Part shown: one piece after another, positions 38,386 through 53,500 of the stretch
Layout: the number at the start of each line of letters is the position of its first letter
How positions within the stretch are numbered: position 1 is the stretch's first letter
NCBI RefSeq assembly: GCF_964213995.1
Contig: NW_027590154.1
Coordinates: forward strand, 310,001 to 374,000
DNA: 64,000 nucleotides
Reading direction: 5' to 3'
Source of the DNA: Mustelus asterias
Lineage: Eukaryota
Position numbers and translations under genes: made by a program
Notes under the pieces: model-generated
Database searches by the model: none
What the model was told of the DNA's origin: nothing
Seen by the model: the letters and a program-made list of their open reading frames with translations, nothing else

Positions 38386-39117
38386 ATCAAAAACACCAAG
38401 GATTATTCCTGGTGAATTGATTGCTGGCAATGGAACATTCCAGAGACAGACTAACACCGAGGGAGTAACAGTGAAATCCATTGTCATGTCTCTGCTCGTC
38501 CAAGAGTGAAATTGCATTTGAGCATCTGTTAGAGAAAAGAAACAATTTCATTGTAAATTAAGTGCCTTTATTTCGTCACCCCTTCACAAGGGAATGGACA
38601 TAAACAGATGACATTACCTTATCAGGGTAAAGGTGTCAGTCTGATTTGCAATAATTCTGTTTCTCTAACACATTACAGCGAAATATAATTCATTAGAAGA
38701 ATTATTATCGATTTATGTAACTTATGAAACTGTGTTTCAGGTGTGGATAGCTATCACTGTAATTTGGGACTGGATATAAGAAGAAGGGAAGCAGTGGCCT
38801 CGCGTTATTATCGCTAGACAATTAATCCACAAACTCAACTAATGTTCTCAGGACCCGGCTTCGAGTCCCGCCACGGCAGATGGTGGAATTTAAATTCAGT
38901 AAAGACGTCTGGAATTAAGAATCTACTTATGACCATGATATCATTGTCGATTGTGTAAAAACCTACCTGGTTCATTAATGTCCTTTCAAGTAGGAAATAT
39001 GCCGTCCTTACCTCATCTAGCCTACATGTGATTACAGAGCCACAGCAATGTGTTTAGCTCTCAACTGCCCTCGACAATGAGTGGGCAATAAATGCTGATC
39101 AGCCAGAGGCACCCATA

Positions 39118-39397
39118 TCCATAGAATCCCTGCAGTGCATTAGGAGCATATCGGGCCCGCACCGACAACGGTCCTCGCCAGGCCCTGTTCCCATCCCTGC
39201 TAATTCACTTGATTCTATGGGACAATTCATCATCGCCAATCAACCTAATCGGCATATCTTTGGACAATGGGAATAAACAGGCAGACAATTGGAGAATGTG
39301 CAGACTACACACAGACAGTGACCCATTCCGGGAATTGAACCACGGTCCCTGATGCTGTGAAGCAGCAATGGTAACCACTATGCCACCGTGCCGCCCA
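39118..39397 (-). mobile_element. HE1-like V-SINE
   Basis: Paralog of 24520-24835. Confidence 0.8.
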
Positions 39398-41205
39398 TGA
39401 ATAAATTAACAAAATAAACTCCTTATCTGATACAATGTTACACCATATATTTCCCCAACAGCTCCTTCACCCTGTGAAAATTAACGGTGAAAGAAAACTT
39501 CTTGACTTACAATTAAGCATTGAGTTGACAGAGAAACATAAAATTTACATTGACTTTTGACAAAGAAGCTAATGAATTAGAACGGACACGGCAATCAGGA
39601 AAGTTCTCCTTCAGCATCCAAATCATGACAGATCATTGTATTGGCGAGCAGCTGGTATTGGGAACACAGGATATCAGGACTTTGCGGCATAATGCACAAT
39701 ATCACAAGAATAAATATTTTATCTTTCACTGAACCAGGTTATGAACTGGTCATTTGTTCACTCATTGGCAGTTATGAGAGGGACTGTTAAAAAATTGAAA
39801 TCAGATTATGCTGGACAACAGAACATGTTATACATCAGATATAAGTTTTTAATGAGGTGCAGAACATTGAGAATATTCCAGAAATCCCTGCTGTTCAAGG
39901 CAGATATATGATTTTGTTTTACTTTTAATTATTTTCATTTTTGTGCCTTTTCACTGATCTCATGGGACTGAGGGATTGGGGACATCAGCATAAGTTGTTC
40001 ATAAAGAGGCTTTAATTGTTGGAAGGACATTTCTTTGGAAGCGATACGAATGAAATAGCATCAAGTTAATTGACTAGTTTCTGATACTTTTTAATCACAT
40101 AATGAAAAGTGCATTCATTTAAAATATTTGCTTCGAAGAAAAACCATTTAAAATGTGCCTTCCTTTTGGGAATAAAACATTTATTGTATAACTGACGAAG
40201 TCCCATGTTATCCTTACAGATTCACGTTAATCTGTCCTACGCAGTATTTGGCAACAGTCCAGGCTGCTGCCAAATACCCAAAAATATTTACAGGAAGCAG
40301 CTGAGGGTGTTTGTTCAGTAAATCAAAAACCTGTTTCCTCAGTACTGAACACTTGGCTGCAAGCCAACTTCAAACTCTCAGCATTGTCAATGGGGCCTAT
40401 TTATAAACACATCTACCCAGCAACAGTACTGGAGGCAATTTAATTAGTTTTAAGTTGCAAACATCTATGGATGTTTCCCATATCTTCGGAAAAGAAAGTA
40501 TTCAGCTTCTCTGGCACCTTGGTTAGCAACAATAATGATCTCTCCAACACAACAAAACACTGATGGATGGATATAAAACAAATACCGGCAGATTATGAGA
40601 GTTGATTCAGAGAGGTGATATATTTTATACGAGATAAACATGTATGCTTGTGTTTTCTTTCACTTCCCATGGGACATGAGAATCTCTGGAAAGGCCAACA
40701 TTTATTCCCTTTGCCTAATTTCTCTTGAACTGAGTGGTATGCTAGGGCATCTCAGAAGGCATTGCCCAGTTAGTTATATTGCTGTCCGTCTGCAGTCACA
40801 TCCTGATGAGACCAGGTAGGGATGGCAGATTTCCTTCATTGGGGAATCAGAGAGGTTTATCTGGTCGCTGTCAGTATGTATTCCAGATTTATTGATTGAA
40901 TTCAAATTCCACCAGCTGCCAGGGTCGGATTTAATCTCGTGTCTCCACATCATTGGCCTGGGCTTCTGGATTACTGGTACACTGGCATTAATATTACGCC
41001 ACCATCTACCCAACAATAAAGGAATACTTGCGTTGATGCAGGGATGAACGATAGTTGGATGCCTGAATGTTTTGCTTGAGAAATCAGAGAGTGGACGGAT
41101 GGATGGGACGATAGCTGGTCCTAACATTTGCTGTTCTACATTCGCATATTTGTGATTTACTACTTCAAAAATCGAAGCAGGTCCTTTATTCCAAGTGTGT
41201 CAGTA

Positions 41206-43220
41206 TATAAGACCATAAGTCCATAAGACAGAAGAAATAGGAGCAGAATGAGGCTACTCGGTCCATCGAGTCTGCTCCCGCCATTCAATGATGGCTGATA
41301 TTTTTCTCACCCATATTCTCTTGCCTTTTCCCCATAACCCCTGATCCTCTTATTAATCACAAACCCATCTATCTCTGTCTTAAAAACACCCAATGACCTG
41401 GCCTCCAACCTTCTACGGCAAGAGATCCACAGATCCACCACACTCTGGCTGAAGAAATTCCTCCTCAGCTCTGTTTTAAACGATCGTCCCTTTAGTCTGA
41501 GGTTATGCCCTCTGGTTCTAGTTTTTCCTACGAGTTGAAATATTCTCTCCACGCCCACTCTATCCAGGCCTCGCAGTATCCTGAAAGATTCAATAAGATC
41601 TCCCCTCATCTTTCAAAACTCCAACGAGTACAGATCCAGAGGACTCAAACGTTCCTCATACAGCAAGTCTTCATTCCAGGAATCATTCTTGTGAACCTCC
41701 ACTGGACCCTTTCCATGGCCAGCACATCCTTCCTTAGATATGGGGCCCAAAACTGCTCACAATACTCCAATTGGGTCTGACCAGAGCCTTGTACAGCCTC
41801 AGAAGTACATCCCTGCTCTTGTATTCTCGCCCTCTCGACATGAATGCTAACATTGCATTTGCCTTCCTGAACCTGCACTTTAACCTGAAGAGAATCTTGA
41901 ACAATGACTCCCAAGTCCCTTCGTATTTTTGATTTCCTCAGCATTTTCCCATTTAGAAAATAGTCTATGCCTCCATTCCTCCTTCCAAGAGCATAACCTC
42001 ACACTTTTCCAATTTGTATTCCAGCTGCCACATCTTTGCCGACTCTGCTAACCTGTCCAAGCCCTTCTGCAGCCCCCCTGCTTCCTCAATACTACCTGTC
42101 CCTCTACATATCTTTGTATCATCTGCAACCTTAGCAACAGTGCCTTCAGTTCCTTCCTCCAAATCGTTAATGCATACTGTGAAAAGTTGTGGTCCCAGCA
42201 CTGACCCCTGAGGCACACCACTAGTCACCGGCTGCCATCCTGAGAAAGACCCCTTTATTCCCACTCTCTGCCTTCTGCTAATCAACCAATCCTCTGTCCA
42301 TGACAGGATCTTGCCCTTAACACCATGTGCACTTAACTTATTTAACAGTCTCTTTTTCGGCACCTTGTCAAAGGCCTTCTGGAAATCTAAATAAATCATG
42401 TCCACTGGCTCTCATTTATCTAACTTCCTTGCTACCTCCTCAAATAACTCTAACAGATTTGTCAGATATTACCTCCCCTTCACAAAACTGTGCTGACTCA
42501 GTCCTACTTTATCATGCCCTTCCATGTACTCTGCGATATCATCTTTCATAATGGAATTTAAAGTCTTGCCAATGAACGAAGCCAGGCTAACCGGTCTATA
42601 ATTTCTCGTCTGCTGCCTCCCTCCCTTCTTAAACAGTGGTGCTGCATTCGCTACTTTCCAGTCCTCTGGTACACTCCCTGCCTGCAGTGATTTCTGAAAG
42701 ACCACCACCAATGCTTCCACAATTTCCTCAGTTATCTCTTTTAGAAACCTGTGGTGTAGTCCTTCCGGTCCAGGTGAATTATCCACCTTCAGACCTTTCA
42801 ATTTCCCCAGAACCTTCTCCTTAGTGATGGCCACTGCAGTTACCTGTGCCCCCGGACTCTCTTGGAGCTCTGGCATTCCACTGGTGTTTTCCACCGTGAA
42901 GACTGATGCAAAGTAACTATTCAGGTCCTCTGCCATTGCTTTGTTTCCTATTATTAGTTCTCCAGTCTAATTGTCCAGTGGTCCAATGTCAATGTTTGCG
43001 TCTTTCTTACCTTTTTTTATATTGAAAAGAACTCTCCCTGTCTTATTTGATATTACTAGCTCGCTTACACTCATATTGCATCTTCTCCCCCCTTATTGCT
43101 TTTTTAGTTGTCCTCTGCTCGCTTATAAATACGTCCCAATCCTCTGGCTTCCCACTAATCTTTGCCGCTTTGTATGCTTTAACTTTTGCTTTAATGCTGT
43201 GCTTGACCTTTATGCTGTGC
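41206..43220 (-). mobile_element. CR1/HER1 LINE, frameshifted RT, 5'-truncated
   Basis: YLDFQKAFDKVP, SGVPQGSVLGP and ADDTK motifs. The empty site in the paralog is at about 26682. Confidence 0.93.
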
Positions 43221-43325
43221 GACAACCTTTAGTCCTTCCAGATTTTCTCGGTGAATTCAATCCCCGAGATATCGGGAACAAATGAACTAAGAGCAGTCTG
43301 ATTTTTTTTCCATCTGCTGATGGTG

Positions 43326-43908
43326 ACTCGAGTCATAGAGTCATAGAGGTTGAGAGCATGGACACAAGCATTTCGGCCCTACTTGTCCATACCGCCCTTT
43401 TTATTAACCGTTAAGCTTGTCCCAATTTCCCGCGTTTGGCCCATAACCCTCTGTACCCATCCTACCCATGTAACTGTCTAAACCCTTTTTAAAAGACAAA
43501 ATTGTACCCGCCTCTACCACTACCTCTGGCAGCCTGTTCCAGACACTTGCCACACTCTGTGTGAAACAATATCCCCTCTGAACCATTTTGTATCTCTCCA
43601 CTCTCATCTTAAACCTATGCCCTCTCGTTTTAGACTCCTCTACCATTGGGAAAACATATTGACTATCGAGCTGATCTATGCACCTCATTATTTTATAGAC
43701 TTCTATAAGATTCCCCCCAAGCCTCCTACGCTCCGGAGAAAAAGTCCCAGTCTATCCAGCCTCTCCCTACAACTCAAACCATCAAGGCCTCGTAGCATTC
43801 TAGTAAAACTTTTCTGCATTCTTTCTAGTTTAATAATATCCGTTCTATAAAAGGGTGACCAGAACTGTACACAGCATTCCAAGTGTAGCCTCACCGATGT
43901 CTTCAAAA
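43326..43908 (-). mobile_element. CR1 LINE 3' fragment
   Basis: VRLHLECCVQFWSP..TRGHRFK and a (tatgactc)n tail. The empty site is at about 26808. Confidence 0.88.
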
Positions 43909-44126
43909 TCTTCAAATCCAAGATGGAAAGAGGGATTAGGTTGAGGGGGAGGATTGTAATGTTTGTAACATATGGCCCTTTCTAGTGCAATAAATCACTC
44001 AACATATCATCACCTAAATTAGCGAAGGTAACAGGCTAAAAAAATAATGAGGCAATTGAAATGTTGTGAAACTCACTGGACAGATCCAAGTGGTAAATGA
44101 CTTTCCAGTACTGTGTAAGTGTGCAA

Positions 44127-44452
44127 GGGCGGCACGGTGTCATATTGGTTAGCCCTGCTGCCTCACAACGCCAGGGACCCGGGTTCAATTCCGTCCTCGG
44201 GTCACTGTCTGTGTGGAGTTTGCCGTTTCTCTCCTTGTCTGTGTGGATTTCCTCCGGGTACTCTAGTTTCCTCCTGCAGTCCGAACATATGCAGCTCAGG
44301 TTGATTGGCCATGCTGAATTAACCCTTGTGTCAGGGGTATTAGTGGGGTTAATATGAGGGGTCACGGGAATAGGGCCTGGATAGGATTGAGGTCGTTCCA
44401 GACTCGATGGGCCCAATGGTCTCACTCTGCACTGTAGATTCTTTGTTCTATG
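44127..44452 (+). mobile_element. HE1-like V-SINE
   Basis: Full head, core and tail. It is absent from the paralog at about 27030. Confidence 0.88.
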
Positions 44453-45261
44453 AATAATTAATCTGCATCTTAAGATTCTATACCGTCAGATTAGATATTA
44501 TAAATTATATATAACATTAGATACAGGTCCTTTCAGTTATACAGTCACTTTAAAAATGGTTACACACTCCAGTTATATATCAGGGGTTTATGTGTGATGA
44601 TGAGGTGATTACGTGTCAATAAAGCGCAGAGGCTGCTGGGTAGCTGCTCATTATCCTCGGTCTGATTTAATTCAACTTCCCAGTGAATTCTGGGACAGAT
44701 TTGATTCTTTGGTGACAGAAAGGCCAAAGTGACCTCAATAAATTTGAATCTCAATAAACTACAATAAATAAACTGCAATTATATTTGTACCAAATAAAAT
44801 GCTGAAAATAATTTGTTGAATATTTATTTATTTTTGTGATTTGCATATTATTAGTAATATTAGCGCCAGGCAATGACCATCTCCAAAAAGAGAGAATCTA
44901 CCCATTGCTCCTTGTCATTCAATGATATTACGATACTGAATCACCCACTATAAACATCGTCGGGGTTACCATTGGCTAATCGCTGAATTGACTAGATATA
45001 TAAATGCTCCGGCTGGAATATCAGGTCCGCTTGCTGTGAGTAACTCACCTTCTGACTTCCCAACCCTGTCCACCACCTACAAAAAAACAACTCAGGAGTG
45101 TAATCGAGTTCTTTCCACTTGCTTGAATGAGTGCAGCTCAAACAACATTCAAGAAGCTTTATAGCATTCAGGAAAACGCAGGCGGCTTGACCAACATAGC
45201 ATTTGCAAATGCTCACTCCCTCCACCACCGACAAACAACAGCAGCATTATACACCATCTAC

Positions 45262-45497
45262 GGTTTCCTCCGGGTGCTCCCGTTTCCTCCCACAGTCCAA
45301 AGATGTGCGGGTTAAGTTGATTGGCCATGCTAAAAATTGCCCTTAGTGTCCCGGGATGCGTAGGTTAGAGGGATTAGTGGGGAAATATGTAGGGATATGG
45401 GGGTAGGGCCTGGGTGGGATTGTGGTCGGTGCAGACTCGATGGGCCGAATGGCCTCTTTCTGTGCTGTAGGGTTTCTAAGTTTCTAAGTTTCTAAGT
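45262..45497 (+). mobile_element. 5'-truncated young V-SINE with ATCTAC target-site duplication
   Basis: ATCTAC at 45256-45261 and 45498-45503, with a (tttctaag)n tail. Confidence 0.9.
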
Positions 45498-46550
45498 ATC
45501 TACAAGTTTCACTTCAGGAACTCACCAAGACTCATTAGGCAGCACCTTCCAACCACAGGACTGTTACCATTTGGAAGGACAGGGGTAAAAGTTACCTGGG
45601 AATATCACCTGTAAATTCCACTCCAAATCAGTCATACAACTGACTTGGAAAAATATCGCCCTTCCTTCACTGTCGCTCGATTGAAATCCTGGAACACCCT
45701 CTGTAACAGCACTGTGTGAGTACATACGCCACAGGCTTCGCAGCAATTCACGAGGGTAGCTCACCACCAGCTTACTAAGGGCAATTAGAGATAGGCAGCA
45801 AATGTTGACCGAGCCAGCAACGATCACATCACTTAAATTAAAACGTAAATATATTAATGTCTATGAATGGTTGATAACTGGTGAACAAAATTATGCAACT
45901 TCGTGAATGGATGGCAATTGGTGAAAATAAATACCAATTCTGTGAGCATTTATGATCTTCTCTTTCTTAATGGAAGATAGGATGCGCTCCACAGGAGATG
46001 CATGATTCAAAAGCACAACACGACCGGGGAAAAAAGCCGCCGGAGGACACTGCAACAACTACAGATATATATACATCATTGCCAGTGACACATCTGAAAA
46101 CATTCATCTGTTTGAAGATCCGGATTATCCTGAAGCACAATGTTGTGTTTTTAATGGAAGATTGACTCTGGAAAATATCTGCTTTATATGCCCTATGTAC
46201 TTATCTTTACCTTCGTCAATCTCATCAAGACATTCAACACCGGTAGCAGAGCAGGGACTACCATACTTGGGAAAAAGTCGCACTCCATCAAAACTCCTCG
46301 GTCTCATTCATGACACAGAAAACGACAACATAAAACCACAATTGTAGCTTCATGGGCAGCATTTGTAACAGAGCCAACCTCTCAAAAATTGTCCTTCTCA
46401 GTCATCAACAAAGGTGACATTTGGAAAAGAAACCATTCTGAAATTGATGTGTTTACTCTGCGTCTATTTTTTTATTTTAAATGGAAGGACGCCGGTTATC
46501 ATTGTGAAATTGATTTGTAAACAATATGACGTTTTTCAGAAAACGCACAC

Positions 46551-46590
<40 letters not shown>

Positions 46591-47084
46591 TTTCCTTCAA
46601 CTTAAGACTCCATCTTTGCTTCCTGGGGGGCTTAAGAGACAATTACCCCAGCTATCTTTCAGATGGAATGAAGAACAATTACATTTTCCCCAGCACCATG
46701 TTTGCTGAGCTGAACATTAAAGGCCCCATTGTCTCCAACAGCGCTCTGGTCAGCATTCCTCCTTCTAACCAAAATGAACAAATATACATTACCATGGATT
46801 GAGGCATTATGCTCTGATGCTGACCTGGCATCATAGGAACAGAGGAGCAGAATTTCCCCTCCAAGTCACTCACCATCCTGACTTGGAAATATGTCGCCGT
46901 TCCTTCACAATCGCTGAGTCAAAATCCTTAAATTTCCTCCCTAACGGCATTGTGGGTCTGCCCACAGAACATGTGCTGCAGCGATTCAAGAAGGCAACTC
47001 ACCATAACCTTCTCAAGGGCAACTAGGTATGGGGAATAAATGTTGACCAGCCAGCGAAGCCCATGTCCCAAGCATGAATAAAAA

Positions 47085-47930
47085 AAGCAGACGCAGGCCA
47101 TTCAGCTTCTCGAACTCGCCCCCCCCCCCCCATTCATAAGATCATCGCTGATCTGTGGCCAAACCCTATGTACCTGCCGTTGGCCCATATCCCTTGATAC
47201 CCCTGTTCAATAAAAAAATCGATCTCATACATAAATCTAACAATTGAACCAGCACCCACTGGCCTTTGCGGAAGAGAGTTCCAAAAGTCCACCACTCTGT
47301 GTGTAGAAATACTTTCCATCAACTCTCCTGAACGGCTTGGCCCTGTTTTTTAAAAAAATTATGGCCCTTTATTCTAGAGTCTGCAACTGTTGGAAAAAAT
47401 TATTGATCCGCCCGATCCTACCCGTAAAAATGTTGTAGATTTCTGTAGGAGCACCCCTCAACCTTCTGAATTCGAGAGAAAAATTCCCAATTTGTCTAAT
47501 TTCTCCTCGCAACTTAACCCCTGAAGGCCAGGTCTAATTCTTGTGAACCTGCGTTCAACTCCCTCCAGGACCAAAATCTTTGCAAAGGTGTGGTGCCCAA
47601 ACCTGTGCACAGTACTCCAGGTGGGCTCTAACCAGGATTTTGCATAATTGCAGCATAACATCTGCATCCCTATACTCCAGTCCTTTAGATACAAAGGCCA
47701 GAATTCCGTTGACCTGCTTGACTATTTTCTGCATCAGTTCGTGGCATTTTAAGAAGCTATTCACTTGAACACCCAAATCTCGCTGGGCATCCACTAAATT
47801 TTACTTTGTGCCTTCTAAAAACTACCTTGATCTATTATTTGGATTATTTGACTTTTTGTGTCATTATCTAAGCCGTTATGAATATTGTAAATAATTGAGA
47901 CCTCAAGACAGACTCCTGCGGGACACAACT
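47085..47930 (-). mobile_element. Degenerate CR1 LINE 3' fragment
   Basis: QRDLGVQV..LVRAHLEYCAQVWAP. Confidence 0.85.
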
Positions 47931-48299
47931 TAACCTGTATTATTCAGCAACGTACATCTAATCTATAATTCGTTGCACCTTAAATTTGGGGAGTTTCCGC
48001 AGAAGGGGATATGGTATTACATTTATGAATGTGAATTATTTGTATATTACTATCATAAATCATACCTGACAGCGATATATTTACACTAACTGTAATTGCA
48101 GAATTTTGCCAGCAGATGGAATTGGCACCTTGATGGTTTACATTACATGAAGAAGGCACTGCCTCAATAAATACTACACTGGACCCTAACTTTGCAGTTC
48201 TGCCACATGCAGTCCTGAATGGTGATGGACATTTAAACAAGTAACTGCAGCAGGAGCCTCAAACGAAAGCCCCATTTTTAATGATGGGGGAGCTCTGCA

Positions 48300-50085
48300 A
48301 AAGGTAAAAGAAACAAGACTGAAACAATTGCTGCCATCTTCAGCCAGAAGATGTTCCATCTCGGCCTCTCCCTGATGCCCCGAACATCACAGATGCCAGT
48401 CTCCAAGGAGGTCAACTCATTCAACATGATAACATGGAGGATAGGAATAGGAGTAGACCATTCAGCCCCTGGAGCCCGCTCCGCCATGCAATATGATCAT
48501 GATTGATCTGTGGCCTAACCCTGTGCTGAAAGCATTGGATACTGCAAAGATTATGGATCCTGACAATATTTCAGCAATAATAATAACGATTTGTGCTCTG
48601 GAGCTAGCTGAGCCTCAGCCAATCTCTTCAAGTATAGCTACATCACGGTCACATACACAACAGTGTGAAAATTGGCAGACATGACCTGTTTCAGAAGGTA
48701 GGACAAACCCAACCCGACCAACTACCGCCCAATGCGTCCTCACTCGATCAAAGTAATGGGAACTATGAAGGATCATCTAAAAAACTAATAATAATATAAT
48801 GATAGCAATGCTGCTACAACTACAAATACTAGAACTCTGTTCAATGATGCTCTGTTTGGGTCCCACTCGGAGCACTCAGTTCCAGAAATCACTTAAGCTT
48901 AGTCCAAATCTAGTGGAAATAGCTGCTTTAATGAGGTGAGGTGAGAGTGCCGGCCCTCGACATCAACGCAGCACTTGACCGATTGTGGCATCAAGAAGCC
49001 CGAGCAAAGCTGCAGTCAATGGGGATCCGGGGAAAAAAACATTCCACTGGCTTCAGTCATACCGAGCACAGAGTAAGATGGTTGTGGCAGTTGAAAGCCA
49101 ATCATCTCAGTCACAGGGCATTTGCTGAAGGAACTCCTCAGGATAGTGCCCTCGGCCTAATATTCACGCTTCAATACAAGATCAGAAGTGGGATGTTCAC
49201 TGATGATTGCACGATGTTCAGCACATTTACAACTTCTCAGATACTGAAGCTATCCGTGTCCGTGAGCAGAAAGACTTAGAAAACATTCAGGTTTTGGCTG
49301 TGAAGTGGCATGTGAAATTCGCGCCACCCAAGTGACAGGCAATGCCCTTTCAAGTAAGGGAGATTGCAATCATCTCCGCTTGCCATTAATGGAATGACTA
49401 CAGCCGAAACCCCACTATCATCATTCTGGGAATTGCCATTGATGGAAAATTGAACTGGGACAGCCATGTAAATAATATTGCTACAAAAGCAGGTCAGATG
49501 CTGGGAATTGTGCGCTAAGTAACTCACCTCCAGATTTCCCAAACCTATCCATCATATAAAGGCAAAAGTCAGGATTGTGATTGAATATTCTCCACTTGCC
49601 TGGCGTATGGTCCTGAACCAACCCCCAAAAAGCTCGAAACCACCCAGTAAAAAGCAGGCGGCTGGATGGACACCCCACCAACCACTTTAAACATTCACTC
49701 TCTGCATCACAGATGTACAACTCTAGCCGTGTGACCCATATACAACTTGTATAGGAGCAACATAATCCTTTGGTAGCAACTTCCAAACACATTAACTCTG
49801 ACACTTAAAATGACAAGGGCAGCAGATGCATGAGAACACAATCATCTGCAAATGCCCATAAAACCTCCACACCGTCTTGACTGGGATCTATATCACTATT
49901 TTTTCAGTGTCAATGGATGAAAATCTTGCAACTCCCTTCCTATCAGCACTGTATGTGTACTTACTCATATGGAATGCAATGATTTAAGAAGAGGGCTCAC
50001 TAGCACATTCTCAAAGGAAAAATTATAAGTGGCAACAAATCCTACTTTACCAATGACACCAAAACCTCATGAAATGATTTTGAAC
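48300..50085 (+). mobile_element. Degenerate CR1/L2-type LINE RT fragment
   Basis: KALDTAKIMDPDNI, ALDINAALDRLWHQ, GTPQDSALG and FTDDCT motifs. Confidence 0.8.
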
Positions 50086-50286
50086 ATGTCATATCTCTGA
50101 TTACGTTCAACTGGCCCCCACGTCTGTTTGTATTGCAACAGGCCATGTCCCAATCACATTACAGCATGTCCTGTCTCTGTTGTTTCTCTACTCGGCTCAT
50201 TATCAGTTGTTCATAAGTGAAGCCAAGGCCTGTTTTACCGATGGTTTCTGAATTATGACTGTGTTGAAATATGTTTCAGTTAATCA

Positions 50287-50570
50287 GGGCGGCACGGTGG
50301 CACAGTGCCAGGGACCCGGGTTCAATTCCCAACTTGGGTGACTGTCTGTGTGGAGTCGGCACGTTATCCTTGTGTCTGCGTGGGTTTCCTCCGGGTGCTC
50401 CGGTTCCCACTCACCGTCCGAAAGAGGTGCTGGTTTGGTGCATTTTGGCCATGCTAAATTCTCCCTCAGTGTTCTCAGACAGGCGCCGGAGTGTGACCAC
50501 TCGGGGTTCTTCACAGTAACTTCATTGCAGTGTGAATGTAAGCCTACTTATGACACTAATAAATAAGCTT
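50287..50570 (+). mobile_element. V-SINE
   Basis: gggcggcacggtggcacagtg head and subfamily tail. Confidence 0.85.
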
Positions 50571-53500
50571 TAAATCTTTAATCTGGGAAGAGACTGTGTC
50601 TCAATTCCGACTGCATCAGAACCTTTATCTGTGACTCCTATACTGGAGCAACATCCTTCTTGCGTTACAAAAGTTTCGGTCACTGTCATTACTCTAATGG
50701 TTCGTTCGATCTAATAAACTCGACACTGTTTTAGTTAATGCTGCACAAGTGCATGTATTTGTTTATTCAACACTGTGCCCTGCCTCTGTTATTATTGCAT
50801 CATGTGATCCTTCTAATTTGCTGCATTGTCCATATCTCAGTGTATGCCAGTCTAGATCACATATTCATAATTATTACCAATGCACTATCCTTTTTCTGAG
50901 TTCATATCAGTCTAAATATCGTATCTCCAATCATTAACAATACACTAAATTCTGTCTCAGTTTTTATCAGTCGAGGTACTTCTTCAGTAATGATCATTAA
51001 CACACTGGACTCTGTCTCAGTTTATGTCAGTCCAGAATCTGTATCAGTAATTACTGCTAATGCGCTAAGCTCTACCTCAGTTAATATCGGTTCAGGCCTG
51101 TATCAGTAATTGACACTATATGTCTCAGTTTATATCGCGCAAGTTCCTGCATTCGGTTAAATTGCACCAGACACCATCTCAGTTTTTCTTGTATTCGTTG
51201 ATGTCATTCATATTTTTAAAATATTTATTTCATGGGATGTGGGTGTCTCTCGTAAGGCCAGTATTTCGCCTTAACTTCCCACAAGGCACGACCTCATTTC
51301 TATTTCACTGCATCAGGCCTCTGTTTATATTAAAATAGATCCTGTCTCTGTTAATACTCCGCCTGACCAGAGCTTAGTTTATGATGCACTAGACCCAATC
51401 CCTGTTTATATGACATTTGATCCTGACTCTGTCTATAATTCGCGAGACCAGGTCACTGTTATTACTGCACTATAGTATTCCTCTGTCTGAACTATGGCTC
51501 CATGAACATTACTCAACGGTTCTGTGAGGTAGAGAGATAATATAATGCATAAATATGCTGGGCTATAAACATCTGTATTCAGCAGGATCTTGAAACGGAA
51601 AATATTGGATCGACAGTGTATGCTGCGCAGGGTTTGATATCTATTTTCAATGCATCAGTAGAATGAGCTTTCAAATATCACTTCTTCTTTTCCAGTTCCC
51701 AAGACTTGTCTCCATCCGTCAGAGTTGTACCTGTAGGAGGATGCAGAGAATCGTGTTCCCATAGCCACTTTTCACATTATTGTGCAATGTCTAGTGCAGT
51801 AATAACTGAGTCCGTGCCCAATATAAAATGAACATGGACATGGTCAAGTGCATCCAGTTTAGTACAGAGACAGGTCTACATTAATAAAAGCAGAGTCATT
51901 GTCGATCTCAATATGAACAGAGACATGGTGATGTGTAATATAAACAGAGACAGCATCTAGTTTATTATAAACAGAAAGTACGTCTAGTGTAATGTGAACG
52001 GAGACAAAATCTTCTTTAATATAAACCGAAACAGGGATTAGTTAATTTAACATCAGCAGAGACAGGTCACAGATGAGTGCAATATAGAGACAGGGCCTAG
52101 AGTCCCATCAAACATTCCAAGGTCAGGTGTAGCATGTGTTTAGGCACCGAATGTAAAGCTCCCTCCACAGTGCAACATTAAACACTCCCAAGCAGGTGTA
52201 GCACGGGATAGATAAAAAGTGAAACTCCATCCACACTATCTCAATCAAGCATTTCCAGCAAATGAAGACTGTTTAGAAACAGTAAAAACCTCTCTACACT
52301 GTCCATTGAAACAATTGGACGCTGGGACAGAAAGGGTTAGATACAGGGAATGATCAAGATACATATTGGAGAAAAGCTCCCTCTATAGATTGAATTAAAT
52401 CCATTTAGTTAGTGGCCTGAAAATAGACCTGAGAGAATACATTTGCTGGAGTTTGACTTGATGTTGTTGAGTAAAGACAATGACCCATCGTGGAGAGACA
52501 AAACAAGACACAGAATCAGAGAGGAGAAAGACAAAGAGAGATAAAGCACATTAAATCGCCATGTCCTTATATTTTGTGATTAGAGGGAATCTTTCCTAAT
52601 TTTGAACATTGATAATCATAGCTTGTTTTGTGCAGAAAACGGATGAAAAAATATGCCCAAAAAACAATCACAACTGGAATCCAATGATTGATTTGCATGT
52701 TTGTCTCTATTTCTGTGCTGTGTTGATGGGGAAATATTTGTTGCGTTTTTGTCAATCAATAAATCTAATCTGGGATTTCTATTTCTGTGTTTATTTACAT
52801 AAACACCTCACTGGTTACAATGAGATGTTCATGGCAGCAAAACCAGATAAACCGTCATTTATTCATTAGTTTCAATTCAAAATAGCGGTTTCTTTTAAGT
52901 ATATTGACAGCAGGTTCAAAATCAATAGAAACTTCGTGAATACCCATTTGACCAGACGCTATTTAATTCAAATAAAAAAATACCCTCTAATCAAGAATTT
53001 GTTCTGAAAGTTCTGATGTCAGAATAAATAAAACATGTCTGAAAAGACTGGTATTCCACTGAATGTCAATTTGATTGATGATTTAATCTACTAAAACTAG
53101 ACACGTTAAAACATCAGGCAGAGGAGTGACGATAATAGCATTAATCTCGCAGCTTTTAACATATCGATTCTTGCATTTTATAATATTAACATTTGGAAAG
53201 GCCTTGCATTTTCATAACGCTTTACCTGACGTTAGGTCGTCCCAAACCATTTACAACTCACTGATATATTTTCGCTGAAGTTGTTCACTGCTGTAATGTT
53301 GGACATACAACAAGTATTTGGTGCACAGCAAGCTCCCACAAACGAGATGTGATAAATGAACAGTAATTTTGTGATTTTAGTTGAAGAATGAGTGGCCAGG
53401 ACACAGGGCAGAACAGTACTGTTATATCGAATTTTATCAATGAGATTTTACATTCTGTCATCGGCCTGAAATGAGAATCTGTTTCACCCACTGCTAATGC

